A stretch of 64,000 nt of DNA from Marsupella aquatica (taxonomy: Eukaryota; Plantae; Marchantiophyta). Under the pieces are notes generated by a model. That model saw only the letters and a program-made list of their open reading frames with translations. It made no database searches and was not told the DNA's origin. A program made the translations under genes and the position numbers. The stretch lies in NCBI GenBank assembly GCA_973895155.1, contig OZ316893.1, positions 3,764,490 through 3,828,489 on the forward strand, read 5' to 3'. Of the stretch, positions 41,801 to 54,463 are shown in pieces (position 1 is the stretch's first letter; each line of letters begins with the position of its first letter).

Positions 41801-41843
41801 ACTCGAGCACCTCCTTCACAGATCTGGCGTAGGCGTCGTCCAT
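38838..41843 (-). CDS. ECA3: P2A-type Ca2+/Mn2+-ATPase, ECA3 subfamily, intronless, 1001 aa
   Basis: MDDAYARSVKEVL N-terminus, TGES, IPEGLP, DKTGTLT, KGAPE, TGDGVND and NLVTDGLPA; ECA3-type EKVGLPGFDSMPSAL. Confidence 0.93.
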   Translation of the reverse strand: MDDAYARSVKEVLEFFRVDPNVGLSDERVAESQAIYGQNALPVEIGKPFWKLVLKQFDDLLVKILIAAAVVSFILALVNGDTGFTAIVEPSVIFLILAANAAVGVITETNAEKALQELKAYQADVATVLRNGLWSILPAAQLVPGDIAEVTVGGQIPADMRLIEILSSELRVDQAILTGESCSVSKGVEETMAHKVVYQDKTNILFSGTVVTAGRARAIVVGIGGKTAMGTIHHAMSEAVEEISPLKKKLDEFGAFLSKVIAVVCILVWVVNIGHFRDPAHGGILRGAIYYFKIAVALAVAAIPEGLPAVVTTCLALGTKRMAKLNAIVRSLPSVETLGCTSVICSDKTGTLTTNMMSISKVCVVRSAHHGPISVEYDVTGTTYAPNGIILDSAGVQLEHPADLPCLLHLSMCAALCNDCTVQYNSEKATYDKIGESTEVALRVLVEKVGLPGFDSMPSALTMLGKQERVSYCNHYWEEQFKKVAALEFSRDRKMMSVLCSRKQQEILFCKGAPESILARCTSVLCNDDGSAAPMTAEIREELEERICNYGQKDTLRCLALALRPIPMGLQKLTPEDERNLTFVGVVGMLDPPREEVKRAIATCRLAGIRVIVITGDNKATAESVCRLIGLFDPLDDLTGRSYTASEFDELAPLQQQIAIRKLALLSRVEPAHKTMLVEALQHQSEVVAMTGDGVNDAPALKKANIGIAMGSGTAVAKGASDIVLADDNFSTIVAAVAEGRAIFNNTKQFIRYMVSSNIGEVVCIFLAAAVGMPETLLPVQLLWVNLVTDGLPATALGFNKQDHDVMMTHPRKMDEAIVNGWLFFRYIVIGAYVGLATVGGFAWWFLYSQDGPRLTWSELVSFDSCVEGESRFSCSIFQDRHPSTISMTVLVVVEMFNALNNLSENQSLLVLHPWSNMWLVAAISVSMLLQFSILYIHPLALIFSVAPLSWSDWKAVFWFSFPVILVDEMLKLLSRRLKGRTINLPFRKYDFLPKSQTRQQ

Positions 41844-42495
41844 ACTTCCCTGCCTGGACGACGGCCCCTACCCCTTGCCCCCTCTCTTCAAACCCCTTCC
41901 TCTCTACTATCCCTCGCTTTCCTTCCCTTCCCTCCTCGTTGTCTTTCTCCTCCTCCCTTGCCAGTCCACTCCGCTTCACCAGACCACGAGATTCATTCAC
42001 GTTCCCATCCTAAGGAGTCGATCCATCATGACATCATTCCGCAGCAAAGGAGATGTTGAACACGAGCGAGATCGATTACCCACATCGCACATCTGGTCAC
42101 GTCTTCCGTTAGTTCGTCCATGGCTGCACAACACCCAACAAAGCACAACGAAACGAAGCGAAACGAAACGCCGAACCGACAAACGCAGCGCACCGCCACC
42201 TCGGAGAATGGCAAATCAGAGCAGCACAGCACGGCGAAGGAACATGGCACAGCATCAGCAAACCAGCAGCAGCAGCAAGTGGTGAAGTGGAGCAGGAGCC
42301 GGGAGCCCACACGGCCTTGGCAGGCACTGACAATTAATTAAAACGAAGGACTACCATAGTGACTGGTACCGAAGGGACAGGGGAGGGAACGTCTGTCCAT
42401 GGAAAAGAGAAACTTCTATTTTGGCACTGTTACATATATACTAGGGCATCTCAAACCTCCCATTTGTGCCTCAGGTCAAGGTTGTTTTCTCATAA

Positions 42496-42761
42496 CCAAA
42501 GCACTGGACACAAAAAAGGTTGTCCTACCACTTGTGATTGCAGACCAAAACTGGTACTTCTGGGCTAGGGATTGTTTAGTGGACATAAAGGTTTGAGTCG
42601 CCCTAGGTAGACAAGGACTCCATTATTTCCCAAAACCAAAGTACCGGACACAAAAAAAGCTTGTCCTACCACTTGTGACTACAGAGCAAAACTGGTGCTT
42701 TGGGGCCAAGGATCTTTTTGCGGACTTAAAGCTTTAAGTCACCCTAGTAAAGAAGGACTCC
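42496..42761. repeat. Diverged ~140-bp tandem duplication upstream of ECA3
   Basis: accaaag.ac.ggacacaaaaaa..ttgtcctaccacttgtga...aaggactcca occurs twice. Confidence 0.8.
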
Positions 42762-45700
42762 ATGAGACTGAATCCTAAAAGTATTGTTACGACAATGATT
42801 ATTTTGTACTCACCTTGCTCCTGTAATTTTTGTACTACTACTGGAGGAAAGTATTTGCCATGTTTAGGGTTTAGAAGCAGACTCATTTTAATTTGTTCTG
42901 ATGGAGCAGAAAACTAAAATTGAATGGGCTTTAAGGGGCTTGTTTGGTGGAGCACTGAAAGAAAATGGAGGGAGTCAGAGTACCAACAGGAAGGACAGGT
43001 GCGAGGAGTGGAGTTTAAGTGTGTTAACTACTAAGAGCATCTTCAATGGCGTCGCTGTCAGTGGTCATGATCGAGTTAAAGGGCATGTGGAGGTACCCAT
43101 CAACTTAAAAAAGACCTCTAGTGGCCATATCCTGAATCCCACAAGTGCCACCCCAAAGACTGCCACCTTTCCTAAGGTTCAAACCCTGAAGCTATGGTTC
43201 AAACCACCCCTAGCGTAGCCTGCCAGTGCAGAATTGGGCAGTTATGACCATCAAGCATTCAAAGAATTTTCAGACTTGAGTATATATAACTGTGCAAAAG
43301 AACAAATACGTCAAACCAGGAGACAGGGCCCCAAGGGCAAGGCAACCCAATAAAGGGGGAGGGAACGAAAAAAGCACAAAGAAGAATGAAGAACAAGGCA
43401 ATGGGTCCCCCGCAACCAGAAGGCAACAACCAACCAAAGATACGTGACACTTTCTTCACAAGCCTACGCTTTTCTGTTGTTGAAAGAATAAGGTTTTGTG
43501 CCTGTGCACTCAATGTGCTCCCACATTGAGCGCCTCTCGTGATCACCACTGCAATTGTGTAGTGATAGGAAGAGCGAGGAGTCTGCCATGCTTCGAAGAG
43601 TCTCACCTGACTGGCTGCTTCTGATCTTCAGCAATGCACTCGTACGGAATGTTGGAGAAGAAAATAATGTACAAATGCAGATTGACGAGGACAACCAATT
43701 TTGGGAGATTATTATGTTTACAGAACCACATTCAATCTCCAGAATTATATCAAGGCTACTGAAAAGAAGACATGGAGGATCCACGCCATGAAGGAGTGAA
43801 AGGTGCCTAGACAGAAAACAGACAAAAGTGCACCAGATTTGTGGAATGACTAACTTTCGACTCTCCAACCTATGGGGAGTGGACATTGGAGCCAAGGTTT
43901 TGAATGAGCTAGAGGTTGTTTAATAAAATACTTCCTTCTCTGTGTTCCCAGAACAATTTTCTCCACTTGAAGATTCATGGTGCCAGGAAATTAGAGTTGA
44001 GTAGACATCCTAGCTGTTGCAAGGCCAATAACTAAAGTCACTATATATTGTGACAGTTAGCATATGGAATTTGGGTGGATAAATATTCCAGGATTGCTAA
44101 GAGAAATGATTTGTAGTCATTATACAGATTTGTGGTAGCCATTAGGGAATTATGAAGACCAATACATGAGAAAACCAGATCCCCAAGATTTGTCAGAACC
44201 GCATGAGCGGGTTAGGGAGAGGGGGTTACATCCCTTTGCCCCTGAGTGGGGATGTCTACTGAGTGTAAGCTGTGATTGAGATCTCTCAGAATTATCATAA
44301 TGTTAATGCACACATCAGTAGCAATTCAGAGTGCATCCAAGGTGCGCAATAAAGCATATTCTAGGTCACCATTAGAGAGGAGAGACATTAAATAAAAATG
44401 TGAAAGGCACAACACTTGAATCAAATGTCACTGTCTGCATCATATATGTTTGAGGTGTCATGGCTTGATTGCCTAAGGGTGAGTTGGTCAAACCTCACTC
44501 AAACCTTAAAACCTCAAACCCTAAACCCACACCTCAGTGTTTAGGGTTTGACCTGTGTTAACTCTCCACCAACTGCCAGATTATGACACTAACAAGCAAG
44601 AAGACCTTCAGGCAGCACAATGTAGGAGTGGTGGGACAAGAGAACCCACTATTTATTCCCTTCTTTTAGTCTCCAATCTCCTTCTGATTTGTGTGCAACT
44701 GTGATCAAGATGGCAACAAGTGGTGGGAAGAATTACACTTCCAAGGAGCTGAAGCAACTATGCTAGAGTGTGTTGCACATTTCACCTGAATGTCCTTGTG
44801 TTGCTGTTGGACAGAGCAGACAAATTTTAGGACAAGGTGACTGCAAATTATGAGAATCACAAACCCAAGGGCATTGAGGTGAGAGGAATAAAATTATTTT
44901 GGGGAAAGTGACATTAAACCGCCACTGTCCATATAAATAGCGCTACCGCCAAGTGCCGGTCAGTAGTCATTCTTTCAGATGTGCCCAGCGTCCCAGCCCC
45001 GTAGCCCCAGCCACCCGTAGCCCCAGCCAGGCTCCGCAAAACGGGGTGGCTCGTCAGTGGTCTCTCTTCATGTGCTTTCTATTCTTCCCGTGAGTTCGTG
45101 TGTTCGTGTGAATGCCATGGTTCGTGAGTGTGGTGGGGGGCAAAACATGCTGCCATAGCCAGCGAGGTTGGTGAGTGTGTTGAGCTTCAAAAAAACACAA
45201 AAGCGACATAGGACGCCGAATCACTTGTCAAAAGAATCAGTCTACCTTTTCAAATGATGTTAGTGAGAAAGATCCTACGTTATGCTTCAAAATGTTTCAC
45301 AGACACTAACTTCGACACTTCGACACTGACTCCTCTCTTGACGTCTGTGTAAATCCCTTCTTCTGTACATGAAAGTCTGGTGCTAAGTTGAGCAAAGCAT
45401 TGTTAGGTCCTTTTTCGCTCTCAGGGTACAAATCCCTTGTTATTATGTTTTGCGGATGGCTGTACCTACGTGAGTAACAGCAACCAAAACACATTGATCG
45501 ACCATTTCCCCATCAAATACATAACCCTCGCGTTGCTGTCTTCCAGTGTGCATATCAATCATCCTTTCTTCATAATTCCTGCCTGATTTCCACTGGTGTG
45601 AGCACAAGAACAAGGCTCGTTCTACATATACAATGACCTAAAGGAATCCTAATTACAAATCCGACTTGAACATCATCTTCGAATGTGGTGTTGGTGGTTT

Positions 45701-46588
45701 TTACAGTCACAAAAGCTTCATAATGTCACCAACTTGAGAGACTTCTCTAGTTTTTATAGCAGAGATATTGCGATCGGAGCAAGAAGCTGTGAATCTCCCA
45801 AATTCTTGCTGCGAACTCCTGAGTCCAAACAAGTTTACAACTTCCATAATACTGCCAAATGGTACCGTGTGCCACAGATTATAATGTTCTAGCTGATGCG
45901 TCTTGGAGCACGCAGGTAATTCACGAACAGAGTCACCATACCCAATCAAGCTGGATGTCAGCCCATTGCAACGTTTAGTCGACGAGAAAAGAACAATTCT
46001 TGGAACAAGTAATGTCAATGCCAAACGGGATGCCAAATCAAGACACAGCGCACGACAATTTCAATACTTCCAAATGGCTGGCCGTCAACCAAGAAGCGAC
46101 TCAAAATCCCAAACGGGAGCCACCTTGCCAGATCTACAAGAGCTTCACCCAAACCTTGAATCTGGCACTAGCAATTCCGAAACTAGGCCACCATGTCCAA
46201 TCTCGCAGTAATTCACGGAGAAATGCGGATCCGGACTCCGCTGAATCCTACTGCCAACTGTGTTACACCCGTATTACAGTATCACGGCTCTAGTGGCGTC
46301 TAATCTTCATCAAATTGAAAGGCAGGCAAAAACTTGCAAAAGGCGACAAGCAAAGCACAACTGCTACTGGGATCACCCACCAACTATACCGATTGCTCTA
46401 TTATAAGCTATGATTGCATAGCAAGCTGTCACTGTCTCTCGTCATTGCTGGCAACATCATGCTTGATTTACGTTGAGGTTCGCACATTGCAATGCAAAAA
46501 GATAAGACAGCTTTAGCAGGGCTGCAACATTGTTGGTGAGTAGAGTAGCCCCATGAATCTTTGATCGATCCTCAGTATCCTACCTCTA

Positions 46589-46702
46589 CGATAGAGGAAA
46601 GCAATCGGCTGAGGAAAGTTGCCGAACGATAGGGGAAAGCAATCGGCTGAGGAAAGTTGTCGAACGATAGGGGAAAGCAATTGGCTGAGGAAAGTTGCCG
46701 AA
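46589..46702. repeat. Three ~34-bp tandem repeats inside the transposon
   Basis: cgatagggaaagcaatcggctgaggaaagttgccgaa-like unit, three copies. Confidence 0.85.
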
Positions 46703-47350
46703 CTGTCCTAACCTTCTCTGTCCATCCTGCCTAAGAAGCACAATGTTTGTGAGAATCGCGAATCGGCGATGCTTCTCCTTCCTTTGGCCATCCACTTCAA
46801 CACTTAGATTCCCCGGGTAGTTCTTTGGTGCAATTGTTGGCTTACACAAACTGACACGGTAGGAGCAAGATCGTTAGGCTATGAACGGCAGCGGGCTAGT
46901 TCTATGGTGCAATTATCGTTTACACAAAACATACCGGGGAAAGCCAACATGACATGGTTTACCACACGGTAGCGGCTTGATGTCACAATTGAGAACGATG
47001 ATGGGCATGAAAAGGGAACTGGCCTTCACTCGTTGTAGAGGATGATAGTCTCACCCATTTGTTTATAGAACGTGCCAAAAGTCAGGGCACTGATGCGGGT
47101 GAATTGCAGATTCGGTGACCAGGAAACCACCCACTTTTATTGTCGAACTTGTCGTGTAGCAAGGCACTGAATTTGGTCAAATACAAGGAATTTGCATTTG
47201 TTGTGAAGGAAGGTATGAACCTACTAACTGAACTCTTGCATCTTCATCCACAAGTGCATTCTAGACTTGAAGCGTGATGTTTGAGGTACTACACAAATAT
47301 AAGGACGTCTAATTTGGAAAAACTTGTTGGTGTCTTGTTTTGGTTGCCAG

Positions 47351-50300
47351 AGTAGGACAAATGGTCCGTCAACCACGCAGGAGAGACTATCACCAAGTTG
47401 GGGGCAGTCTTCGATGTAGGCTTCCTGGAAGTCACATACGTACATACCATGCCTTACAGGGTGCCCTCAAATGGTCCCATGGGAAGTTGATGGCTTGGCT
47501 CATGGATGGTATGTCCATGCAAATCTCTGCTGCTATTAGGGCTTGTCATCGACGGAATCAAGAGGAAGTACCAGCATTTGAGGGCCCTTATGACTTTGGA
47601 TGGATAACTAATGACCACCTTGCTAATGAAGAGGACTTGGGAACATTTGGGATCATTGCTGAGGTATTTTTAATATCATTTTCCATTCGACTTCAAGATT
47701 GCTTTCTTTTGCTAATCCTTGTTTTTCTAGGTTTTCATTCCAGTAAACCTCTTTCAACATCTCTCCTTTTTGATGTATTCAAAATTTAGGGTTATCCAAA
47801 ATTTAGAAGTTTTGTCTTTGGTACATCATGATTTAGTATTGACCAGCCACCAACAATTTTTTGCTTGCAGCCATCCTATGGTGCACTATCATCCAGTCCA
47901 AACAATGATGAATCCATTCCTGACGAGGCATCACCTTCAAACGAAGAGCAAGATGATTCAGATAGTGTATCTGACCACATTGAGTCTGGAGAGGAGGATG
48001 CAGAGCACAGTCTGGATTCCAACATTGACATGGAAGATGGCCCTATGATGTCCAATTCCCAGGTAACTTTGTTTAGGATTTCTAATCCATTTGTTTTGTG
48101 TTACATTTGTTCCATAAAATAAGTACACATGTATGTACAATATAATGCATAGACTGTAATGTTTTTGTTTGCACACATCAAATTAATGATAAAATATGAC
48201 AATAACAAAAGGATTAAAAGTTTTCACCTAACATAATGTACATAATATGCTAGCAAGAATAATTTTCAATAATGATAGCACAAGGACTAATTTTTGAGTC
48301 CTCACCCCTACCCAGGCTGCATACAATAGAAATCATTGAGGTGTCACTACCAAAATGAAGTTACAAGAGTTCTTTCCCAAATTTAATGTTTTGTTTTTGT
48401 TGGTTTTTTAACCCTACAACCCAAACCCTAATATCACACTTACGTTACTCCTTTGACTCATTTGGCCATGGCCATGGCATTTAGTGATCAGCCAGGTTTT
48501 GCGCTATCTTTTCTTACTATCAATTGTACGTCATACTTTGTTCGATCAGTGGGTGTCAAAAACATTTGAGCATTGAAGATGGTATTTGTAGAGGTTGGTT
48601 ATTTAGGGGTCCGGGAAGGGATTATATTTTCTTTGTTTATGGAACAAATGTAAATTGACAAGTCATGCAAATTACAATGTCCTTTACTTGACATATGTAA
48701 TTCATTCATTTTATGGGAACCATACCTTCAACTCAGAAACAAATATTGCACCCTAAACCCCTTACAGATTTCAAATGAGAATGGAGCTATTCCTCTGCTG
48801 GAAGTGGTTGATCCAACAACATTTGGATTAGACTATATGGTTTTCATGGATTCTGGTTTTGAAGAGAATGAAGCTCAGGTATTGTTTTTTTGCACATTAT
48901 TGTCCTTGTCATTTGCATCAATTTATAGTTAAATAATTATATCTTTGAATTAATTGCATCTTTACATAGCTTACTAATTATTGTGTGCTTCTCAAGGCAT
49001 CTACATCTTCTCAGCAAGTAGAAGTTGACTCCCGTTTGGATTTTGAGGATGAGCCATCATCTCAAGAAAATACAACCCAGTCAGACCCTGAGAGCCTAGT
49101 GGAGTATGCTTTTTGGCAAAAAAGCAAGGTCCACGAATTTTTCCACGAATTTTGTGTGAATTGTCGTGTTGAAGGTTGTGTTGGTAAGTATTTGGTTGAG
49201 GACATTGTGACACATCATCAGTTGTGGATATTGAAGTTGAAGTGCCCAAACGAGCATACACACTCTTTCATGACTGGAGAGAATGAACTTCATAGAGGTA
49301 TGTCATCTGCTCAAATAATACTATTTGTTTATACTATTGTACTTATTTGATTGAATGTTGTGCATTTTCAAACAAAAAGTTTATAAGTAAGATCTTGTTT
49401 TGTTGATGAATACAGGTGTTCCCGCAATTACTGGACTAATTTATCACTCTGCTCTCTCTGCTGGTCTGACACACAACATCATATGTGAACTGTTCTCTCA
49501 CATTGAAATCCATGTTCCAAGAAACACCCATTGGTATCGATTTCAAAATGGAGCCCGAAGAGACATTGGATGGATTGGAGCAGTACTACAAGTCTGGAAT
49601 GATAAGAAACAAAGGTTGCAACGAAGCTTAGCACAGAGGGATGGTATGTCAATCTTTTTTCTATTGAAACATTTGTTACCTAACTAGTAGTTGATTGATG
49701 AGTTTATCAATTTACTACATAATTATTATGTTGCTAGTGCATGCATGTAAATGTTGGTTTCTAAATATTTTTTGAATTTCTGGTAATTGTAGGTTCCACT
49801 CCAATGATTTTATATGTGGATTGTCGTTGGGACTCATCACGTTCTGGATATCATGGCACTATTCCTGTAATAGATATGGCTACTAGTAAGGTAGTAGAGC
49901 TTGTCACAATCAACCGCGTTGAGGCTGGGAATTCAGGCGCTATTGAGACAATTGGTGTTCGTCAAGCCCTACAACATCTTCAAGATGTTGGAGTGACAAT
50001 TAATGAGGTTGTCCATGATGATAACAACGCAGTTGATGCTATTCTTCGTGACCTCAATGTTGACAACCAGAAGGATTTATGGCACAAATGTAAGAATCTT
50101 TTGAAGCAGTTTAACAAAGAGCTAGCAAATGTGAAAGAAATAGCACCTGCAGGTGGGATTGATGGTGCAATATCCTTGCAAGAATTGGGCAGATTCACTG
50201 TTCGAGTGTTGTCAGATTGGTGCAAGAATCAGCTATTGAGGCATACAGGTAATAAAACAGAGTTGGTGCACCGCATTGGAAGACATAAAGGGCTTGCAGA

Positions 50301-51184
50301 GGAGGAAATCACATTGCGCACTAGGAGACAATTGAAGTATCCAGAATTGATGGAGAAACAACTTGGTGATAAGTTGAAGAGTTGGTTCTACTATTGTTGC
50401 TGCAATGCAAAAGAAAGGTACTAGGATGGTAAATATGGCTTTCAATTGCATTCAAATTAACTTGAGCAATTCAATTCTTTCATTATTTGAACTAAACTAA
50501 CTTTGGTGGAATTATATTGTAATAACTATTTACAGGGGAAATGATGATGCTAACATGTTGGCTAGGGAGATCATCACAGCAACTGATCATTGGGCTGGTA
50601 ACCATGAACCTTGCAAAAGCTTTCTTCCTCGCAAGTGTTGTGAGGAAGGTGCAACATATATGCCATACTATGTTGAAGGTACAAGTCAAATGCCACTATC
50701 AATTAAAGCTGGTTGTAAGTTGTGTATGACATAAATATATAGTTAATATATTTGGATTGTTACCTAATAAATGTTTTGGGATTTATTATAATTTCAAAAA
50801 TGGATTCTTGAGGATTTTGCAGGAGGCGCTACACATAGAGCTTTGAAGCAATGGTTGCATAAGAACGTCACTGCAAGCAATGTTCGCTTTTACACTAGAG
50901 CGCGAGCAAATTTTTTCAGTGAAACATTTCATGGAAACATCAACAAATATGCTATGAAGAGGATTCATTTTTCCATGACACATGAAGCTCACATGGCATG
51001 TGCTGCTATGTGCTGGAACGAGAACATTGGTCGAGAGGTAGTTCGAGTTTGCACACGACAGCCTAGTAATACATGTACACGTCAGTGTACATCAAAGGTT
51101 CGTGACCTAGTTCCTAGAAGCATCAGGTGGAAGAAAGACGTGGCCCATGTCATATTTGGAAGAGGTGTAGATTATGATATGTGA
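47351..51184 (+). CDS. Kolobok-type DDE transposase (exons 47351-47663, 47871-48062, 48768-48878, 48997-49297, 49416-49643, 49793-50417, 50536-50678, 50823-51184)
   Basis: All eight exons splice in frame through GT-AG without stops. Acidic region, CVNC..C/CPNEH zinc motif, YVDCRWDS (D1), VVHDD (D2), DLWHKCK, HWAGNH, FSETFH..NKYAMKR.HFS......CAAMCWNEN (E). An upstream Cys-rich exon (47069-47212) appears frameshifted. Confidence 0.85.
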
Positions 51185-51959
51185 TACTTGATACATATAT
51201 TTTGGCTACAAACTTCCACCCTTGTAGTGCATTTGACAGTTGGGACATAAGTTGTGGGTTTTATTATATTGATTGCCATATTTTTAGTCCCATCTCACCT
51301 TGCCATCTATTTTTGTTGTTGTAATAGAATATACATTGTAGGATGTGAAGTTAGGGTTTAGCATTCTAAAATAACTTAGTGGATACATTGTAAATATTAA
51401 TCATAATTTAAGAATACTCCAAAGAGGAATTGAACCCCCATGCTGCCATCCAGTAGGAGTTCCAACCCAAAGAAGGAGGAAGGAGGCACAAGCCAAACAA
51501 ACACAAAAAACAAGTAGTGCCACAAAGAACCCATACAATGATAATATTAAGAATAAACAAATAGACATACATGGAAAAACACAACCTCAAAAACCAAAAG
51601 CATAAACCAGGATGGTCTTTGCCTCCCAATTCCCATGGGTTCTGCAGTGCAATCGGGAGAAAGGAGGCAAATGCCAAACAAAGAAAATGTACTAGTATAG
51701 TTAAACAAATAAATCTTTGTTGGAAAAATAAGTAAACATGGATGAAAACATAGCTACACAACCTTAAAAATATAAAGGCATACACCCACATGGTGTTTAC
51801 TTAGCAACTCCTAGGTTGTTTCACTTGCAGTTGGGAATGGAAACGAGGCACGTGTGAAACAAAACATGAAAAAAAACTCGCAAAACAAAGAACACATGAA
51901 AGAATAACTCAAGTGATGAAATAACAATGATGAAAAGAAAACAAAAATAACATAGAAAC

Positions 51960-52362
51960 CTAAAATCGAAAACCGACATGTTGTTCGCCTGGTAGCTCCC
52001 AGGTGGACTGCACTGCCGCTGTAACTGCTGCTGGAAAGGGTGTTCTGTCCGCAAAGCTAGCAACATATGCTAGTTTGCGGTACACAACATACCTCTGTCG
52101 ACGAGGAACTGTTTCAGTGTATGCCCATGCAGCACACATATGAAAAGCTTGAGCTGTTGCAGGGGAAAGAACCTGGGCAGAGTTGAGTTCCTGAAGGTTG
52201 TCGTCTATCGCTTTGCAAAAATCTGGGAACCTGGCAACTATGTCTGCGTGTCTCAACAGTCGGAATTTTCGACGCCCCGGTGGAGGAACGGGCCATGATA
52301 TGCGATATATGTCATCTCCATAGGAGATCAATTCTGCCGGTCTATTCTGATGCTCGGTGCTC
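51960..52362 (-). CDS. KolX / P2X7-C-terminal-like accessory protein, last exon, convergent with the transposase
   Basis: RYVVYRKLAY...RTPFPAAVTAAVQSTWELPGEQHVGF matches the recalled R..AYR.F..W...R..LP.CV...IR..FP..G.Y.GF pattern; AG acceptor at 52364-52363. Confidence 0.68.
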
Positions 52363-52749
52363 CTTCAAAACATAAGAAATTGAAGATGTGTAGTTAGTAG
52401 CCGTAGAAAACAAAGCCAATAAACTATTGTTTGATGGATATGTACTTTACACCAAATAGAGCAACAACAAACAAGTATTATGTGTGCATGAAGGAAAGGA
52501 AATTGGAAACAAACTCACATATTTGCAAAGGTAGGCAAAGTATTGCAAGCAAACTGGCCACACGGCAATGTGCACAATCATGACCAAGAAGGAAATGAAG
52601 GGTAACTACCAAGTTTTATGCATGCATGTTCAAGGTGGTTGGTCAATCGGAAGAGATTTTTAATTGTAGGCATGCAAGATTGAATAAACCTAGAATTGTT
52701 CATGTCGGCTGCAAGGGTGATCGATAACCCTGTCAATAACTCAGGTAAC

Positions 52750-53105
52750 TCTATTCTAAAGGAATGAGAGCAACTGAAGCAATCGAACTGCAGAATGACC
52801 CACCGAACCAAAAATGGGCCGCAACACTAGTTGATGCACACCCTAGCTTCTTCCTGGAGAGTCCTAAACACAAAAAGTGGGCTACCGAAAGTAAGTCTAT
52901 TCTAACTTAGGAATGAGAGCAACTGAAGCAATCGAACTTCAGAACGACCCACCGAACCAAAAATGGGCCCGGCCGCAACACTAGTTGAAGCACAATCGAA
53001 CTTCAGAACGACCCACTGAACCAAAAATGGGCCCAGCCGCAACACTAGATGAAGCACAACCTATCTTCTTCCAGGAGCGTCCTATACACAAAAAGTGGGC
53101 TAGCA
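52750..53105. repeat. Nested tandem duplications inside the transposon
   Basis: caatcgaact.cagaa.gaccca..gaaccaaaaatgggcc three times; ctattcta..ggaatgagagcaactgaag twice. Confidence 0.8.
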
Positions 53106-54463
53106 AACGATGAAGGGAACAAGAAATTAAATGAGCTGCAGATGTACGAGTTGAACCTCCGATTCGTAAACCAAAAAAGTGAGAAGCAAACCTTGAAAAC
53201 CAAGAAAGTGAGGAGCAATAGAAGCATACATTTTTTTTATACACAGCCTGTGTGAGCTGTGAATGGCCGTTCACGATAGGCATGGGCATGACATTCTATT
53301 AGGCATGGGCAAGGCATTCTATATTCAGCACCCATAAGTGAGCTTCATTGGATGTGCGCCGGATGGGAGGCGGAGTGATTGAGAGGGATTGGCCCAGATT
53401 GATTCCTAGCATTCACGAGGATGAAGTCATGGGGGCTGAAGCTCGGGGGCGATTGAGTTCCAGATCCTTACATGAGCCAAACTGGTTGTACAATTGCGAT
53501 GAAGTGAGAATTTTGTTTTCACTCAGAAGTTGGTGCGCTGTTCACCCAGAAGGTGACTCCCATTTGGTTGTACTGCGATCGATCACTACTGCACAATTTT
53601 AGGAAATCTGTCACTGTTGTTACGTACATTGCAATTGGTAAGATAGCATCGCCACCGTTTCAAGTTGACGGTCTTTCATACTGTTCTTGGACCACAACAT
53701 ATTCATGTTAGTAGCCGCACAACTCTCCCCTCCTACATCTACCTCTCTCTAGGTGAAAAAAACGGCTTCTCTCTCAAGTGTCCCCAGACCGAGCCTCTGT
53801 AAACCTATCACATGAAAACAACCTCCGTCTAAAACAATCCTGTCCGTGGGGTTGAGTTGCTCTAACAGTGCCTCTCTTCCCAGAAAAATTGAAGAAAGGG
53901 AGCTTCGATCCGACTGTTTCGCGCTCCCACTCTGATCAAAGCATCAAAGCTAATAGGATTGTAAACAAAGCTGCTCTTGTTCACTCAGTTTTATCCCAAC
54001 ATGGGCCAAATGTGGGTCGTTTTAGAGGCAAAGCCACTAGACAACATTCGATTAGCGAGTGCACGAAAATGAGTACTCTAGAAAGACCAACATCCTTGTA
54101 GATTTTACGTCAAGCCCATGATCATAACAGACACAAGCACTGTGAAATAACTGGCAAGAACGAAAGCGCAGCACATGTTCGAGTTCAGCGTTCAAGCAGT
54201 ATAAACAATGGCCAAGTAGTTCTCACAGAATGGGGAAATTACACGAGATGTTCCTATTATAACGAGGAGTGCACTGGGGCTGAAGCTATATTTGCAATTT
54301 AGTTGCAGAGATTGACATTAGCGTCGATTGTTGAGTTGTTTCCGTGGAGCAATGGTTTATGAAGGCTGGTTTGTCGAAGGAAAATGATGAAGATTTTGAG
54401 AAATACTCCCTACGCGATTTCTTTTCTGGCTCTGAAGACTGGTCTCTCTACATTACCACACTC

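Noticed and set aside
42076-42087. TTACCCACATCG resembles the plant snRNA USE element
   Set aside because: No TATA box at the expected spacing and no recognisable snRNA or telomerase RNA downstream; it lies in the ECA3 leader region.
39214-42341. Numerous plus-strand ORFs over ECA3, and similar antisense ORFs over the PPR, dioxygenase and ABC1 genes
   Set aside because: Shadow ORFs of real genes with no motifs of their own.
44500-44550. Telomere-like AAACCCT motifs in both orientations
   Set aside because: Too few and too degenerate for an interstitial telomere; such motifs are common in plant promoters and TEs.
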